A DNA stretch of 64,000 nt from Camelus ferus. Its lineage: Eukaryota. The first letter of the stretch is position 1. Every line of letters starts with the position of its first letter. The position numbers and the translations under genes were made by a program. Positions 12,498 through 25,618 of this stretch are shown one piece after another. The stretch lies in assembly GCF_009834535.1 (NCBI RefSeq), contig NC_045696.1:21764001-21828000 (forward strand), written 5' to 3'. The notes under the pieces are model-generated. The model did not search any database. It had not been told where the DNA came from and saw only the letters and a list, made by a program, of their open reading frames with translations.

Positions 12498-15400
12498 CTG
12501 TAAATAGTAAGTACAGGTATCATATATACTGATAAACAAGACAAATCCAAATGTGGATGAAAATAGAAGTTTATTATAAGACAATATAAACATCATAGTT
12601 TCGTTTTCTGAACAATTTACAACTAATTCTATCTTGGATTTAAATTTATATGAAATTACCTAACTGTAAAGTCAACACTTAATTATCTTTGAACAAAGGA
12701 TCTACTTGGTGAATCTTGGCAACTTGGATCCACTGGGTGGATCCCTACAACCCCAACGTGCATTTAGCAAACCCCAAAGTGCCTGTGCTGATGGCAACCC
12801 TACTAGAGGCAAGAGTGACAAAGGAGGTGCAAAGCCAGGTAAAGATATACAAGAATGTGAGACACTAACTGCAATTCAACAACCAGCAGGGAGGATTCCT
12901 ATACCATAATCAGTGTATGATTTCTCCCCACAATAATAAGCAGCAGATGACTGCATATAAACTGCACCTGGGATTGGTGATTCAAGGAAAAATGTTCTAA
13001 AGCATGTTTCTCTCCCCTACAAGCAATGCCATCCTTAGTTTTCCTTTCCAATAGGGTCTACTTCTTTAAAAAATAATAATAATAATAAACTAGGGTTTGC
13101 GAGTTGTTTCTTTCTGTGGTTTTATGAGGCAAGATTGCTTCAATTACCATACACCTGAAAACTGTTAAAACTTCTTACCGTGATCTGGTTTAGTGAAAAT
13201 AAATTTAATTACTAAGAAAAAATCCTGTAAATTTGTTTTTATTTGTTCCAAAAGTATAATTCTCTATTTTTGTCGATTAATGGAAAAGAAAAAAAAAACC
13301 TGTAGCGTCTTACATTAGTTTTACAATATTAAATCATTTTTAATGGAATGTTTACTACTCTAATTGGGCCACGTGGTCTCTGTTGACTGGAAGCTTAATC
13401 ATACAGCATCCTATAATAACATTTATTATTCTTATATACATATTTTACCCTGACACTTTGCCTCCTCTTGGCTTCAGACAGAGTCCTACCCTATGCGCAT
13501 TCTTCTGCAGAATACAGGCACTCTATGCCCCTGGATGCTCAACTGATATTTGCTGAACAGATAATACAGATATTATGCAATTTAGCAACAGAGAATTGGT
13601 CATCCTCAAAATATTTTACCAAACTTTAAATTAATGCAATTGCTGATTAAGTAACAGAATTTTAGGAACATAATCTCATACATACCATTTTTAATGTCTA
13701 AGAGCTCTTAATGTAATTTTAATAAATATGAAAGTTAGAGTAAAAAATATCCCCTCATAATTGTCTTTGGATAACATTGGTAGACCCAAAGAAAAGATAT
13801 GCAACTCACAGGACAGTAACCAACAAAAGGTGGAGAAGAGAGTGAGAAAGCTCAGAAATGAATTACTCAGTTTCCAGATGGCCAGGTTAATTTTTCACTA
13901 CTTGGGATATCATTAATCATGCTATTGGATGGTATGTAGAAGCAGAAAGAGGAGACTAAGTTCAAATCATGTAGTACTTCTGGGATAATGGGAGAATAAA
14001 GATCAAAACAATTCAGTGGTATAATTTGTAAATTTTACTTAGTCCTGACACTTGATCCTCCACTCCTCTCATCACTGAAAAAATAACTACTCACCACCAA
14101 AAAAGCACTGATTATACAAGCAAGGAATTTAATCAAACCAACATCTGTCATACAGAAGACACTAAGTTCAAGGAAAGAAGGTTAACTCCACAGAAAAGAA
14201 ATAAAGATGAAAATATTTAGAGTAAAATAAATAATAAAAATTCTAAGTACATTAATAAGACCAACTGTATAAGTATACATGTGCTTCAAAAACAATAAAT
14301 ACATAAAAGAATTTTGCACAAATATAGGCATTTGAAGATTCAGGTAGAATTTAGAAGATAAGGAAAAAATTATTTTATGTCTAAAATGCTCTTCCATGCA
14401 TAATATAAACCTAGTCTACCTAATATAAAACAAGTAAAGAAGATTCTGAGGGTGATAGTGTCCTGAATAATGTAATAAGTATGACATAAAATAACATATG
14501 AAGAGTCACCTAAAAGCTCAAAGAAAGGAGAAGATAATATTGTATTAAGAATACTCTACAATACACTTGGTTTCATTTAAGTTTCAAGCACATAGTGTCA
14601 CAAATTTAAAATATCAGAGAGTTTCAACTTTATATTGTTCTAACAACAACAACAAAAAAAAAATCAAGAGAAAGGAGCCCAAGTGCATAACAGATTTAGC
14701 TTTGCAAAAGCTTCTAAGAGGGTAATGATGGATGTAGCCACCAAGGGGTTTAAATAAACTCACCAGGGATAAAGAATGTAGGCTAATATACTCAAGAACA
14801 GGATAAATATGAGAAGGGTAAATCTAATCCAAATAATCCCCTGGGCTTCACAGTCTTATGAGAAAAAGAATCATGTAATTTCAGGAGAATAATGGAAATA
14901 GCAGTACTTGATTATAATTGCCTTCGTGAACAAAGGTTACGAGGTCGAGCAGACAGACAGCACTTGGAAGAGTTGAAATGAAACTTCCCAACATAAAGAA
15001 GGAGAAAAACAGCAAAAACCCTTAAAGCCTTAGTATCTGATTGGCCTTCCTTAGACGATTAAAGAGTTGAGTTTACATAGTTCTGATTAGTCTCTCTTTT
15101 GGTCAAATAGCAATTCAGTTGAATTGTCCTGTGTAAAATAATTCAAACTTAATGTTTCAACAGGAAACAACACCAGTGTAGCTCAGGCCAGTGCAAGCTC
15201 CTCATGTGCCGCACGTGGCAAGAATCTGGAACCTTCAACCAAAAGCAAACTGAGGCGGCACATTCCCAAGAACGAGGATCGCAGGAAGAGCATGGCGCAC
15301 GCCCTGACTTTTTTGCACCAAGTTTCTTTGAGCCGTGACCAGTCTGACTTCCACTGAGGAGTACACACCAAGTTTCACTGCCGTGACATGATAAGCCAAC

Positions 15401-15848
15401 GTCCCGGGAGAATGCTTTGTTCTCTTAAATTCCCCAGAAAATCACCTAAGGAACTACTGACCAGATGTGTAAACCTATTGGTGTGTGGAGACTTATACCT
15501 ACTTCACACACACTGATACTCAATGTTTAAATATTTTAAAATAGGTATGTATTCTCCATAAAAAAAACTGTTTACAAAAACACAACTTGCCTTTAATAAC
15601 AGAGACAATTAATTTCTCTTTAAGACCCCTCTCCAGATGTTTCTAGTTACTCCGTTCTGTTTAACTCATTGTGCAGTTTGCTCTACAGCACAGTGTGCTT
15701 TACTAGAGGATCATCAGGCTGCAAAGTAACTCCATGTTCCACAGCAGAAAAATTCAAAGAGCCCAGGGTAGCGAAGGGTAAAGACAAAACTTAATATAAG
15801 CGAATATGCACCACATCTGCTTGCACAGAGACTTCCAGGGCCTCCTAC

Positions 15849-16006
15849 CTGGTTCATACTTGCAGATGTAGTTGTGCTTCATGTTGCACCTGTCGTCATT
15901 CCACTGGTACAGGTAGGGACCCCCAAGGCCAGGATTGGCCGTTGGTTGATGATACATCACCACGCACTTTTCACTTCCACAGGAAGGTTCATCAGTGTAC
16001 CAGTTT
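15849..16006 (-). CDS. CHODL: Chondrolectin exon 3 (C-terminal half of the C-type lectin domain)
   Basis: tttgcAG...GTagga; 158 nt encoding NWYTDEPSCGSEKCVVMYHQPTANPGLGGPYLYQWNDDRCNMKHNYICKYEP, with EPS and WND motifs. Confidence 0.97.
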
Positions 16007-16134
16007 CTGCAAATACAGGCCAGCAGCCACACTTTGATTCTGCCCATTCTACTCTGAGTAACAGAAATCTCCCCTTGTCCTTTGCCCTCCACGCCCCTCC
16101 AGAGCACATCTGACTGGTCAGGATCCCTACTCAC

Positions 16135-16444
16135 CGGTACTGGGAACTGCTTCCGTCGGACCACCGGTAGAGATCTGGGCAGGGACCAGATGTGTGCCCC
16201 TCTCCATTCCTCCAGAGCCCTATCCAGAAATCGCCATCCGAAATCCCCGTTCCTGGCTTTGTCAGGTTTTGCAGCATGCTTTCAATTAACTTCTGTTCTG
16301 CTTCATTCTCGAGGCTGAGCAGGGCTCCCCCCTCACTCTCACAGGCCAGGCGCGCCTCCTGAAAGCTCACCCGGCTGGACAGCTCGTGGAAGTAGGCCAT
16401 CTTGTAGCATGGGTGCTTGTAATCAGCAAAACATACCTTTTGGC
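16135..16444 (-). CDS. CHODL: Chondrolectin exon 2 (N-terminal half of the C-type lectin domain)
   Basis: Poly-T cAG acceptor, GTgagt donor; 310 nt encoding GQKVCFADYKHPCYKMAYFHELSSRVSFQEARLACESEGG...FWIGLWR...WSDGSSSQYR (WIGL motif). Confidence 0.97.
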
Positions 16445-16852
16445 CTGAAAAAAAAAAAAGATGCCCATGTATTGATTATCTGAGCTATATTCATAATACT
16501 ACTTACTACAAATTAAAATTAAAGAACCTGTCAAAACAGCAACACTCTGCCAAGGCTTCCCCCATTGAACCATTGCATAAGTTTATTTTCTAGATTATTA
16601 CTTTCGACTTATAAAGGCAAATTGATTTGCCTAATAAACTTGTAACATAAACTTTTAAACACAGTATCTCAAGGAAATTTTTGTGAAGGGAAGTTATAAT
16701 TCTTCTGACTTAGATTTTGTAAATTGATACCCATAGCAGGTGAAAATAGCTAAAGAAATATCAGGTAGATACAGAAAGGGAAGCAAAAAGGTCAAAAGTG
16801 TAAAATAAGAATAACTCTTAAACAAATTTAATTATTAAAAACAAGTTAAAAG

Positions 16853-16978
16853 TGTGGGGGAGGGTATAGCTCAAGTGGTAGAGGACAAGACAAGGTCCTG
16901 GGTTCAATCCCCAGGACCTCCTCTAAAAAATAAATAAATAAAACCTAATTACCCCCCCCATAAAAAAAATTTTTTTTA
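16853..16978 (+). mobile_element. tRNA-derived SINE (camelid Vic-1 type) with internal deletion
   Basis: A box (tagctcaagtggtaga), B box (ggttcaatcc), A-rich tail with acctaattaccccc; 10-bp TSD AAGTTAAAAG at 16843-16852 and 16979-16988. Confidence 0.85.
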
Positions 16979-19900
16979 AAGTTAAAAGCAATTTTATATA
17001 AGGTATCATAAAGTGAATAAATTTAAATAATTTAAATTAAAATAAAGTGGGAAATTTAAACATTTATTTTTATTGTATATCTCTGAAAGCAAATACATTA
17101 AAACTGAAAGTTAATAGAAGTCAGAATGAAGGTAACGCTAATAATTTATTAATGTAACACTGCATTAGAAGTGACAGGTTAACCTTCTAGAGTACTCTAG
17201 AATGCTCAAAATTTGGAAGGGAAATTTTAAATGTAACTTTTATTTTCACATGTATTTTAAAGGTTTTTATAAGTTACGGTACTCAGTTTAACCAGCCATC
17301 CTGATATCTATTAATGATTTTAAAAGTCGCTATATATATAAAATATAAAATAATTTGTGTCAAGATATTAAACAGAACAAGAGATGAAGCTTAAGATAAT
17401 TCCTGAGGCCTTTTGATGGAATATCACCTTTTAACAAGCTTCGTTGCTGTGGCATCACTAGACTTCTGCTTTAACAACATCTGTGAAGACTCAAATACAT
17501 GGGCAACAAAAGCTTGATTTCAAAAACTCTCAAACCTGAATTTCACATACCTCTACATACTGAGCATGTGAATTTTCCTAATTACTTAATGACATAACTA
17601 GAAATATGAGTGATCAGACTGGGTCCTAATAAAGCCACGTATATAACAGGGATAGTACAGTGTACAGGATTTCACTAACTCAACCAGCAATGGAATTCTT
17701 ATTGTACTATTGTTTACACCTGCCTCTTTTTACCACCAAATATGTGTACCACACAGTCTCCAGAATGGCATGCTGTTTTGTTTTTCATTAGCTTCTTTGG
17801 TTCACCTCTGACCTCTGCTGTCACCTTGAAAAACTGCCACAGATCCTTCTCTGTCACTGTTCCTTAGGATTTCAGCTTGAGGTTTGGCCTTGGAAAATAG
17901 ACTATCTAGTATTTTATGTAAAATTAAGGCAAAATACTTTACACTAAGAAATCAAGGCGTAGCTATACTGCTTTCTTACAATTCTTACTCTTATTGGGAC
18001 TAAAGGCGTTTTTCATTATGTATTTAATTTTGTAGCCGATCAAGAAAATCTGTTCATAAGTGGAGGGTTGGAAGCGTTATTTTAAACACTGGCTAAAAAA
18101 TAAAGCATTCAAGCTTTGTACTGTTAATTACAGGACACCACACTGAGCCAACATGGGTATCACATTCCATTCTCCCACAGAATCAGCAATTAATGACCTG
18201 TGATGACACTCAGAGGCAGGAGGGAGCAGACATCAGGGAAGGCCATTAACCTCACAACAGTGTTTGAGTGATAGGCATTCAATATCTTGAGACAAGCTGA
18301 GAACAGCCAACTAATAACACAGCCATTCCAGCAAGGCAAGCAAGACAGCCAGTTGTCCTCTCTGTCTGGACCCAGAAGCAACACACTGAATAATAAGAAC
18401 AAATTAACAGACCACCCCAACTAATTGTTGATGAAAAGTAGCACATTTGTATGAATGACCATGGGAAATTGGAATTAAAGAGACTTCAAGAGGACAAATC
18501 AGTCTGAAACAAATAATCCTGGAGAGATGATCATGGAAGTCCCAATGGTTGATCCTAATACAATTATTTTTTTTTAATGTTTCCTAATTTATTATTAGAG
18601 TTTGTGATGACTTCATTGTTTAAAATGGTTGTTCCTGGCAATACTCTAACGCCATTAAGCCTAGTGATTTTTATCCCTGTATTTTTAAAGTAAGTTCTGT
18701 TTCCATTTTCGTTTTCTACATCTTTTACATATTTCTTAGTCTCAAAATGTATCTGAACCACATTCCCTTGAGTTTTCAATTTGTTCAGTTTTTCACACTA
18801 AGAACTCTCAGACTTCAATTGGATTCCAGCACTTTTGCAATATTAAACTTGTCCAACGAGATTGTTTTGCAAGATAACAAAAAGAAGCCACACTAAAACA
18901 AACAAATGAAAAAACAGATTAGCCAGAAGTTTCAATGAATGAAAACTATGTAACAAAGCCAGCACAAGTTCAAAGGATATGTACGTATAATTTATGTGCC
19001 AAAAGTCTCTGTTTATTATCTTGGATACATTAAAAAAATGCAGTACAGATTTATTGTTTACAGTGAGGCTACAAGAATGATGATGAGAATTAACTTATTT
19101 ATAAAGTTAAAATCGCACTTCTAACTAAATGCATAAAAGGGCTTAAAGTGTCTAGTGGAAATTCCTAATACGGCCATTAGATATAAGGAATATTGACCTG
19201 TAGATAAATGTTAGCCTGTAGAGGAATAATAATAGTATTAAAAGAAAAATCTCTAGACAGGGATTATTATATTTAAAATAAGAACTAATAAGGTATGAGC
19301 TCTGGACTAATAGCCAGCTTGGCACTCTCTGCGCCAGACATCCTCTCTTTGGCTGTGGATGATGGGGTGGTCCAGGGGCCCTGGGTGAGGAGGTGAAGTC
19401 TGTGGTGGCTGTACAGCAGGGTGACTCTCAGAGGATCAGGACAGTGGCCAATTACCAACTGCAGAGGGATATTAACTCCAAAGTGCATTAACTGAATATC
19501 AGCTGTGTCCACACATTTTAAACTGAAAAGTCACTAGCAGTTGAGATTTAGCAAGGCAGTTTTAATGAAATTATAGATACACTGCAGTTTTTTATGGTGT
19601 CTATATGCAAAATCAGTTAAAGCTGACACTGTGAATTTCTTTACATCCAATTTGATTTTATTACTGATGTCCACTTTATTATGCAGATTTGGTCCAAGTT
19701 GCAGCAAGATCAGCAGAAGCAGCGGCTTCTGCACTGCTCACCACCATTTCAGCTGATCCCACTTGGCTGTAATAGCAGTGCAACTCCCAACAGCTGGGAA
19801 ACAAATGTTGCCCTAATTCCCAGAAAAGTTCCATTAATACGGATCTTCTGGAAGCAACTTTCCCACTTCTGTAAAGGCTAACTTTCTTAGGGAACCATTA

Positions 19901-21427
19901 TGATTATCTCCTTCTCATTCTGTGAGGTCACATGAAGAATTTCCTTTTCTCTTACTTTTAAATCTTATATTCAGATAAAATCTTCCATAGACTATTTTGA
20001 ACGAGAGGAATTCTAGTCTTCCATCTACAACATCTAATCTTCCATCTACTCGTCTGCTACTTACAAAACATTCAGATAAATATTCATATAGCCATATAGC
20101 AGTTTTTAATTACACTAAGGCTACCTTTGCCTAACAATATTTTCTAACAATATTGTGTAACAATAATTTACTAAATGTTATCTAACATCTGTAGTGTGAA
20201 ATCTCCCTTGATTGTTGGCTTACTTGCAAGAGAGAAAGACCTTCCACCTAGATTCTACACCTCTTGGTTTCATACATACACGCACGCACACATTCACACA
20301 CAACTACAAACATACACAATACATACAATGCACTTTCATTTAGAGATAATACTCAGTATTGCCTAGTAAAATAAGCATTCCTATCATTGTCACAGCTAAG
20401 ATTTTGCTACTGTTTCCACCAATAAATAATTTTGTCTTTTTTCCTAGTCATGAAAATTCCTTTAGAGCTAAAAATTGGCAGTTTTAAATGCTTTTAGCAA
20501 CAATGTAAAAGTGGGGCCAAACTCATAAAGTCTTGGCAATTTCCTTTTTTCTTCCTGAATACAAAAGACCTATAATTTGGTTTTTGTTTTGCTTATATTT
20601 ATTAACTCTCTGAGAGTTGGGTCTTCAGTTAATTATGAAAGTAATAACATTTTCCTTACACCTACACTATAATCATATATTGTCAACTTTAAAAAAGTAT
20701 TGAATTTATATCATACTTTTCAATAAAAACATGGAAGACATATTATGAATTCCTATTGTTCAATTATGATCTACCTTTAGTTGCAAAGAAGTTATACAAA
20801 AGAGGATCTACGTGGTAAATCTTTCCCAAACCAGACTAACTGAACTTTGGACATTTTACTAAAACCCCCCAAAATAATGTGTTTTTCATAATCCTTTCTT
20901 ACTCTACTCAAAATCAAAGTAACAAATATGTTGAAACAACAAGATAGTGTGATATGACCTCTGATAGCAAAGCCAACACTTTCAAACGAAAAAGGGGCAA
21001 GCTATCATAAGTGTTCTGCTTTCAGTGTTCAACATTTCACCAACTTCTTAAGACTTTTTCATTATAAAAAAGTTGTCATATAAACTTTATTTTTGCAACA
21101 GATTTTATAATGTAATTAACTGCATAGTACACTATTAAGATTGTGCTGGAATCTGTTCTCCAATATTGATAAACAACCAACACTGAAGTCTTAGGTCATT
21201 GGCTGGGTGACAGTGGCATCTTAAGCCCTACATCTCCACTTGGGAAATACTACAAGCTTTCTGAGAAGGGAGTGAAATTTATTTATTTTTTAAACCCAAT
21301 ATTTAAAATCAAGATCCAAATAATAAATTGTAAACCAAGTAACTGCATGAGTTAAGAATTCAAACATTCAGTCAATAAGAACTGGCTTGGAATCCCAGAG
21401 CTGAACCCGCACTACTGTGTTTGAACC

Positions 21428-21612
21428 CTTTAACCTCCCAACAACCCTGTGATGTAAGTGCTCTCTCTCATCCCATTTTTAAAATGAGGCAAGGGAGGCA
21501 GAGAAAAGTTAAATAATTTGCCAAATTCACCTAGCTCATAAGTGGTAAAGGGTTTAGAACCAGGCAGTCTGGCTCCCCAGTTCACGCATGACCCAGATTT
21601 CTATGCTGCCTC
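21428..21612 (-). mobile_element. MIR SINE
   Basis: caacaaccctgtgatgtaag...cccatttttaaaatgagg...gaggcagagaaaagttaaataatttgcc...agaaccaggcagtctggctcc. Confidence 0.85.
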
Positions 21613-24600
21613 CATATAGGTCTCAAATATAATATCTTTCTAAGGTGAAAGATTGCATAACTAAAAGGACTGATTACTAGTGCATTATTAGTATGACCTA
21701 TGTGATCATTTTTAGAATTGATCTGTCATTGATTACTAGGTGGCTAATGTACACTATGGGTTATAAATTAAGTGTTTCTAAACAGAACGTAGATTTCCTT
21801 TCATGAACATTTAGACATAGGATTAACACTAGAACATCTCTCATTGATTTTCAGACCATGTACGTTCTTAATGATATGTTACCTAGACCTTTTATTTTCC
21901 AAGTTAGACAAATGAGTCCAAACTGAACTTTTTCTCAATGACAATGAGTATTACTTTAGTCAAGCTGTCAGGCTGTGTTGTATCAGTGAAAGAAATGATC
22001 TTGCCTGGTAGTTGGGTACATCCATCCACCTGGGTGCAAAGTGCCTAACAGAAGAGAGAGACACTTGGAGAAAGGAAACATTCTTGGTGAGACCATCAGC
22101 CAGATTTCCACTTTGGATGCCTTTATATAATGTCCCCTTCTAATGTTATACATAACTGTTCTAATTTGTATAACTTCTCTTTCTAATGTTAATGTAACAT
22201 ATATTGTCATCTTCAAAAGAAGGAGTTATAAAAAACAAAACCATAAAGGATTAATGGCTACGATGAATGTGTAGTTTATTAAACGACTGGTAATAAGATT
22301 AATTTGTCCCTTTCTTGCCCGAGAGATACTTAAAGTAATTGCATCTTTGAAAACTGCACTGTCATCACTTTATGCTCTTGATGATGTCATGAAATAGTAC
22401 CATCAGCTAGGATATGCTCAGCAGTTTGTTGTTGTTGTTGTTATATCTCCCTTGCTTTTTATATTAATCTGTAGGCTACTGGTCCCCACTCATGATTTTG
22501 CAATATTCTGTGGCATTTGCATGATTAAAAACAGAGGTCTCTAAATCGGTCAGTCTCTTAAATAAATATTTGTCAATTTCAATAAATTCAAATGAATACA
22601 TATTAAAGTCTTCTGCAGAAATGTGGAGGTATCACGAAATACACTAAATGCATTTTGCAGCATAAACAGGTTGATGGAATCATTGCTGTGTGCACTGAAA
22701 AGATAAACACACAAACACACTACTTCAGAACACTTCAAATGCTTCAAAATATCCATGTGCTCCTCAAACACATCCTCCCATTTTAGAGACCTAAATTTTG
22801 AACTCTTCTTTTTCATATGTATTCATATTCCCCCATGGTAAAATCTTCTTACCTTTGCTCTAAAGAAGGTGTCATTTACCCACCAGTCACTTCATAAATT
22901 TAAATGATTGCAGCCTCCACAGACATCCTCTACACATCTGTGTATAGCAACAAACCAGTGCAGGTCTAAGGCCCTAAAAGTAGTTCCCAAGTTAGAATCA
23001 TTAATCCACTAAATACACTTTGATCATTATCTTTATGGTTATATATTTTTATTCCATATTCAGGCATCAAAATAAGTATAGCCAATAACCCATCAAAATA
23101 CTCTTCTATTACTGCTAGATGCTATTAAATCTTATGGGGTAGATTATAATGATGATGTTTAAAAAGTTATTTCTCATTAAAATATTTTCACTTTACTTAT
23201 GAATAATGCTCTCAACTATAAAAAGGATAGTGTGTTTAAAAGTATTGGAAAGTATCCTATTGAATGAAGTACTAAAACGAGAATTTCTATAAAGACTTAC
23301 TTTGTGAGTTTCTGTTTTTTTCTCTAGGCTCAGTGATTATTTTGGTACACTATATAGAAATTATAAATGGTTGTGCTGATATTCTATAATTAGAAAATGT
23401 ATTCCATATATTGTATGTTCCTAATAATGACCTTGTTTCAGTTGACAGACAGTTGAGTAGAATTTTGATCCCTAGAGGCATAAAAAAGCTTAACATCAAC
23501 CAGGAAGGCATTAGACCTACTATTTCCAAAATGTCAGGCTCTAGACTGCTCTGTAGTCATGCCATTATGACTGAAAAATAAATTTTTTAAAATTAGTTTT
23601 CAAAGGATAAAATCACAAATCAATTTATAATGGTTAAATTTCAATGTGAATTTTTATGGCCAAAGACAATTAAATTATTCATAAGAAAAACATAACTAAG
23701 TAATTGTTTTAATATCAAGTAAACATCATCTTTTATGTTAAATCAAATAGATCATGTTCAGTTAATTAGAAATTTTCCAGATGTCACCTACAAGATGCCT
23801 ATAAATACTTAACAGGAAAACACAGCAAAAGGCTTATAACAATTTATGCAAAAAAAGAACACAAAATAAACTTTTCACCAACAAATTTTTTCTACTTCTG
23901 TTTTTACTATATGTATTCTTTTCCTCTCTTGCAAAGTTTAAGTTATAAAAAAAAAGTTATATATAAGAATATACCAAATAGATACTATGTCAAAGAAATG
24001 TTTCTAGGAGTTTAAAAAACATCTTATACTCACAGCCTGATATCTGCTGTTCATTCATTTGCAAGAATAATTCTAACAGAAAGGCAGTCAGATATTTAAT
24101 TCACACATTCAGATGAGTTTGTTTACTGTTTTCTTTGAAGCTAAATTGGAGGGGGGAGATCTAATGTTATGTCTTTTGTAACATCCTTATCTCATACTGT
24201 AAAGTTTTCATTTTATAAACGAATAAAGTCCGAAAAAACAAACGGAAGCAACATGCATTTCCAAATAACATTTCACATTGTATTTAATTCCAGTGTCTCC
24301 CCAGGGCCAAAAAGTTAGTGGAGACTGATTGATAACCAGACATTTAAGAATTATATTCAGAAGATGTAGAACATCGCATATTGCTGAGGGGAAGATCAGT
24401 AACAATTAAGCTTAATATGCCAGTTTCTAAAGGTCTGGCTTCACTACTGATTAAGTTCCTGTCATCTGTCATCTGCCTCTACCTCTAGTGACACCTGTTA
24501 TACAGACGCACAGCATGTGAAAAGGAATCCCTGCTTTTACGCTAAAAAAAAAAAAAACCAAAAACAAAACCAAACAAAAAAAAACCCTACACTTAAAACG

Positions 24601-25539
24601 CATGTCCACATACATTCAACAAATATTTATTGCAACACTTTAATTAGCATCACAAGAGATTTCAGTTAGGGTAGCTATGCTCAATTTTCCTGTAAGGCCA
24701 TATTCATTTATCCTAGGCTTTTAAGAAGATGTTTTTTGAGACCTCCCCAAAAAAGTAAGGGAGGGTGAATACAATACAAACGGCTCAACAATAGGACAGT
24801 GAAAAGTCGACGATAAAGAAAAATCAAAGAGAACGCTGGGAAGCTTGCCAATTCGGATCCATTTCCCTTGCAGCGACTGACTCGACGGACCTGATCCGGC
24901 ACCTACTGTGTGCACAAATCTGCATTGATTACCATGTACTCGAGCGGACTTCATGCTCTGAGAAGTCCCCAACTTGGAATGCCGTGTGTAAGTAAGGGAA
25001 AGGCGTCTACGCACAACGACCAGTCCCCTGGTCTTTGTCAGCCATCCTCAGAACAAAGGCTGCGTGCCCAAGGGTCCGTGAGCCACCCACAAGGAGCAGG
25101 TCTGATCATCCGCGTGAACCCCGTACGGGTGGGGACTGAAGTCGAGCCACGCCAACAGAGGGTGGCATTTCTGTGTCGGCTCCCTCTGACTCCGCGGTAC
25201 CCCACCCCTTCTACAGGTACCAGCCCTGCCCTGCGGCTAACACTCCTACAAAGAAAGTGTAAATCACTCCTAGAAAACGCAGAACTGCTGAGCATGAAGC
25301 ACAGCTCGCTTCGCAGCTACTGAATCAGGCGCTTTCAAAAAATTTAAACTTTATGTGTGTTTGGAGGTCTGGGAGAAAGCTGAATACAATCAATTTCCCC
25401 CTGCCCCGTCCCGCCCCCTACCTACTCAGCAAGGTTTCCAACCCCCCGGAGAGACTCCACCTCAGGACCCGCTGCCCCGCAGCGCCCTCCCCCGCGCGCC
25501 CCACCGTCCCCTCACCCGGCTCAGCGGCCCGGGACTCAC

Positions 25540-25618
25540 CGCTGACCACCCGGCGGCAGAAGGCTCCGTGGCCGCAGAGCAGCGCGGCGCCCAGCAGCAG
25601 GGAGACCACGCGGCTCAT
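25540..25618 (-). CDS. CHODL: Chondrolectin exon 1 coding part (signal peptide)
   Basis: gccgcaATG; MSRVVSLLLGAALLCGHGAFCRRVVS+G, then GTgagt donor; 79 nt, phase 1 matches exon 2; spliced total 273 aa. Confidence 0.97.

Noticed and set aside
12726..12744. Perfect hairpin GGATCCAC-TGG-GTGGATCC in intron 3
   Set aside because: A single 8-bp stem is expected by chance in 64 kb and has no supporting context
15754..16164. 136-aa ORF spanning CHODL intron 2, exon 3 and intron 3
   Set aside because: It is exon 3 extended into flanking introns; retention of intron 2 in the true frame hits TGA immediately at the donor
18564..18779. 71-aa Asn/Lys-rich ORF ending in an A run (possible retrocopy or viral fragment)
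   Set aside because: Non-ATG start, no family I recognise, no TSD seen, and composition expected from AT-rich DNA; a tBLASTn/HMM search would be needed to revive it
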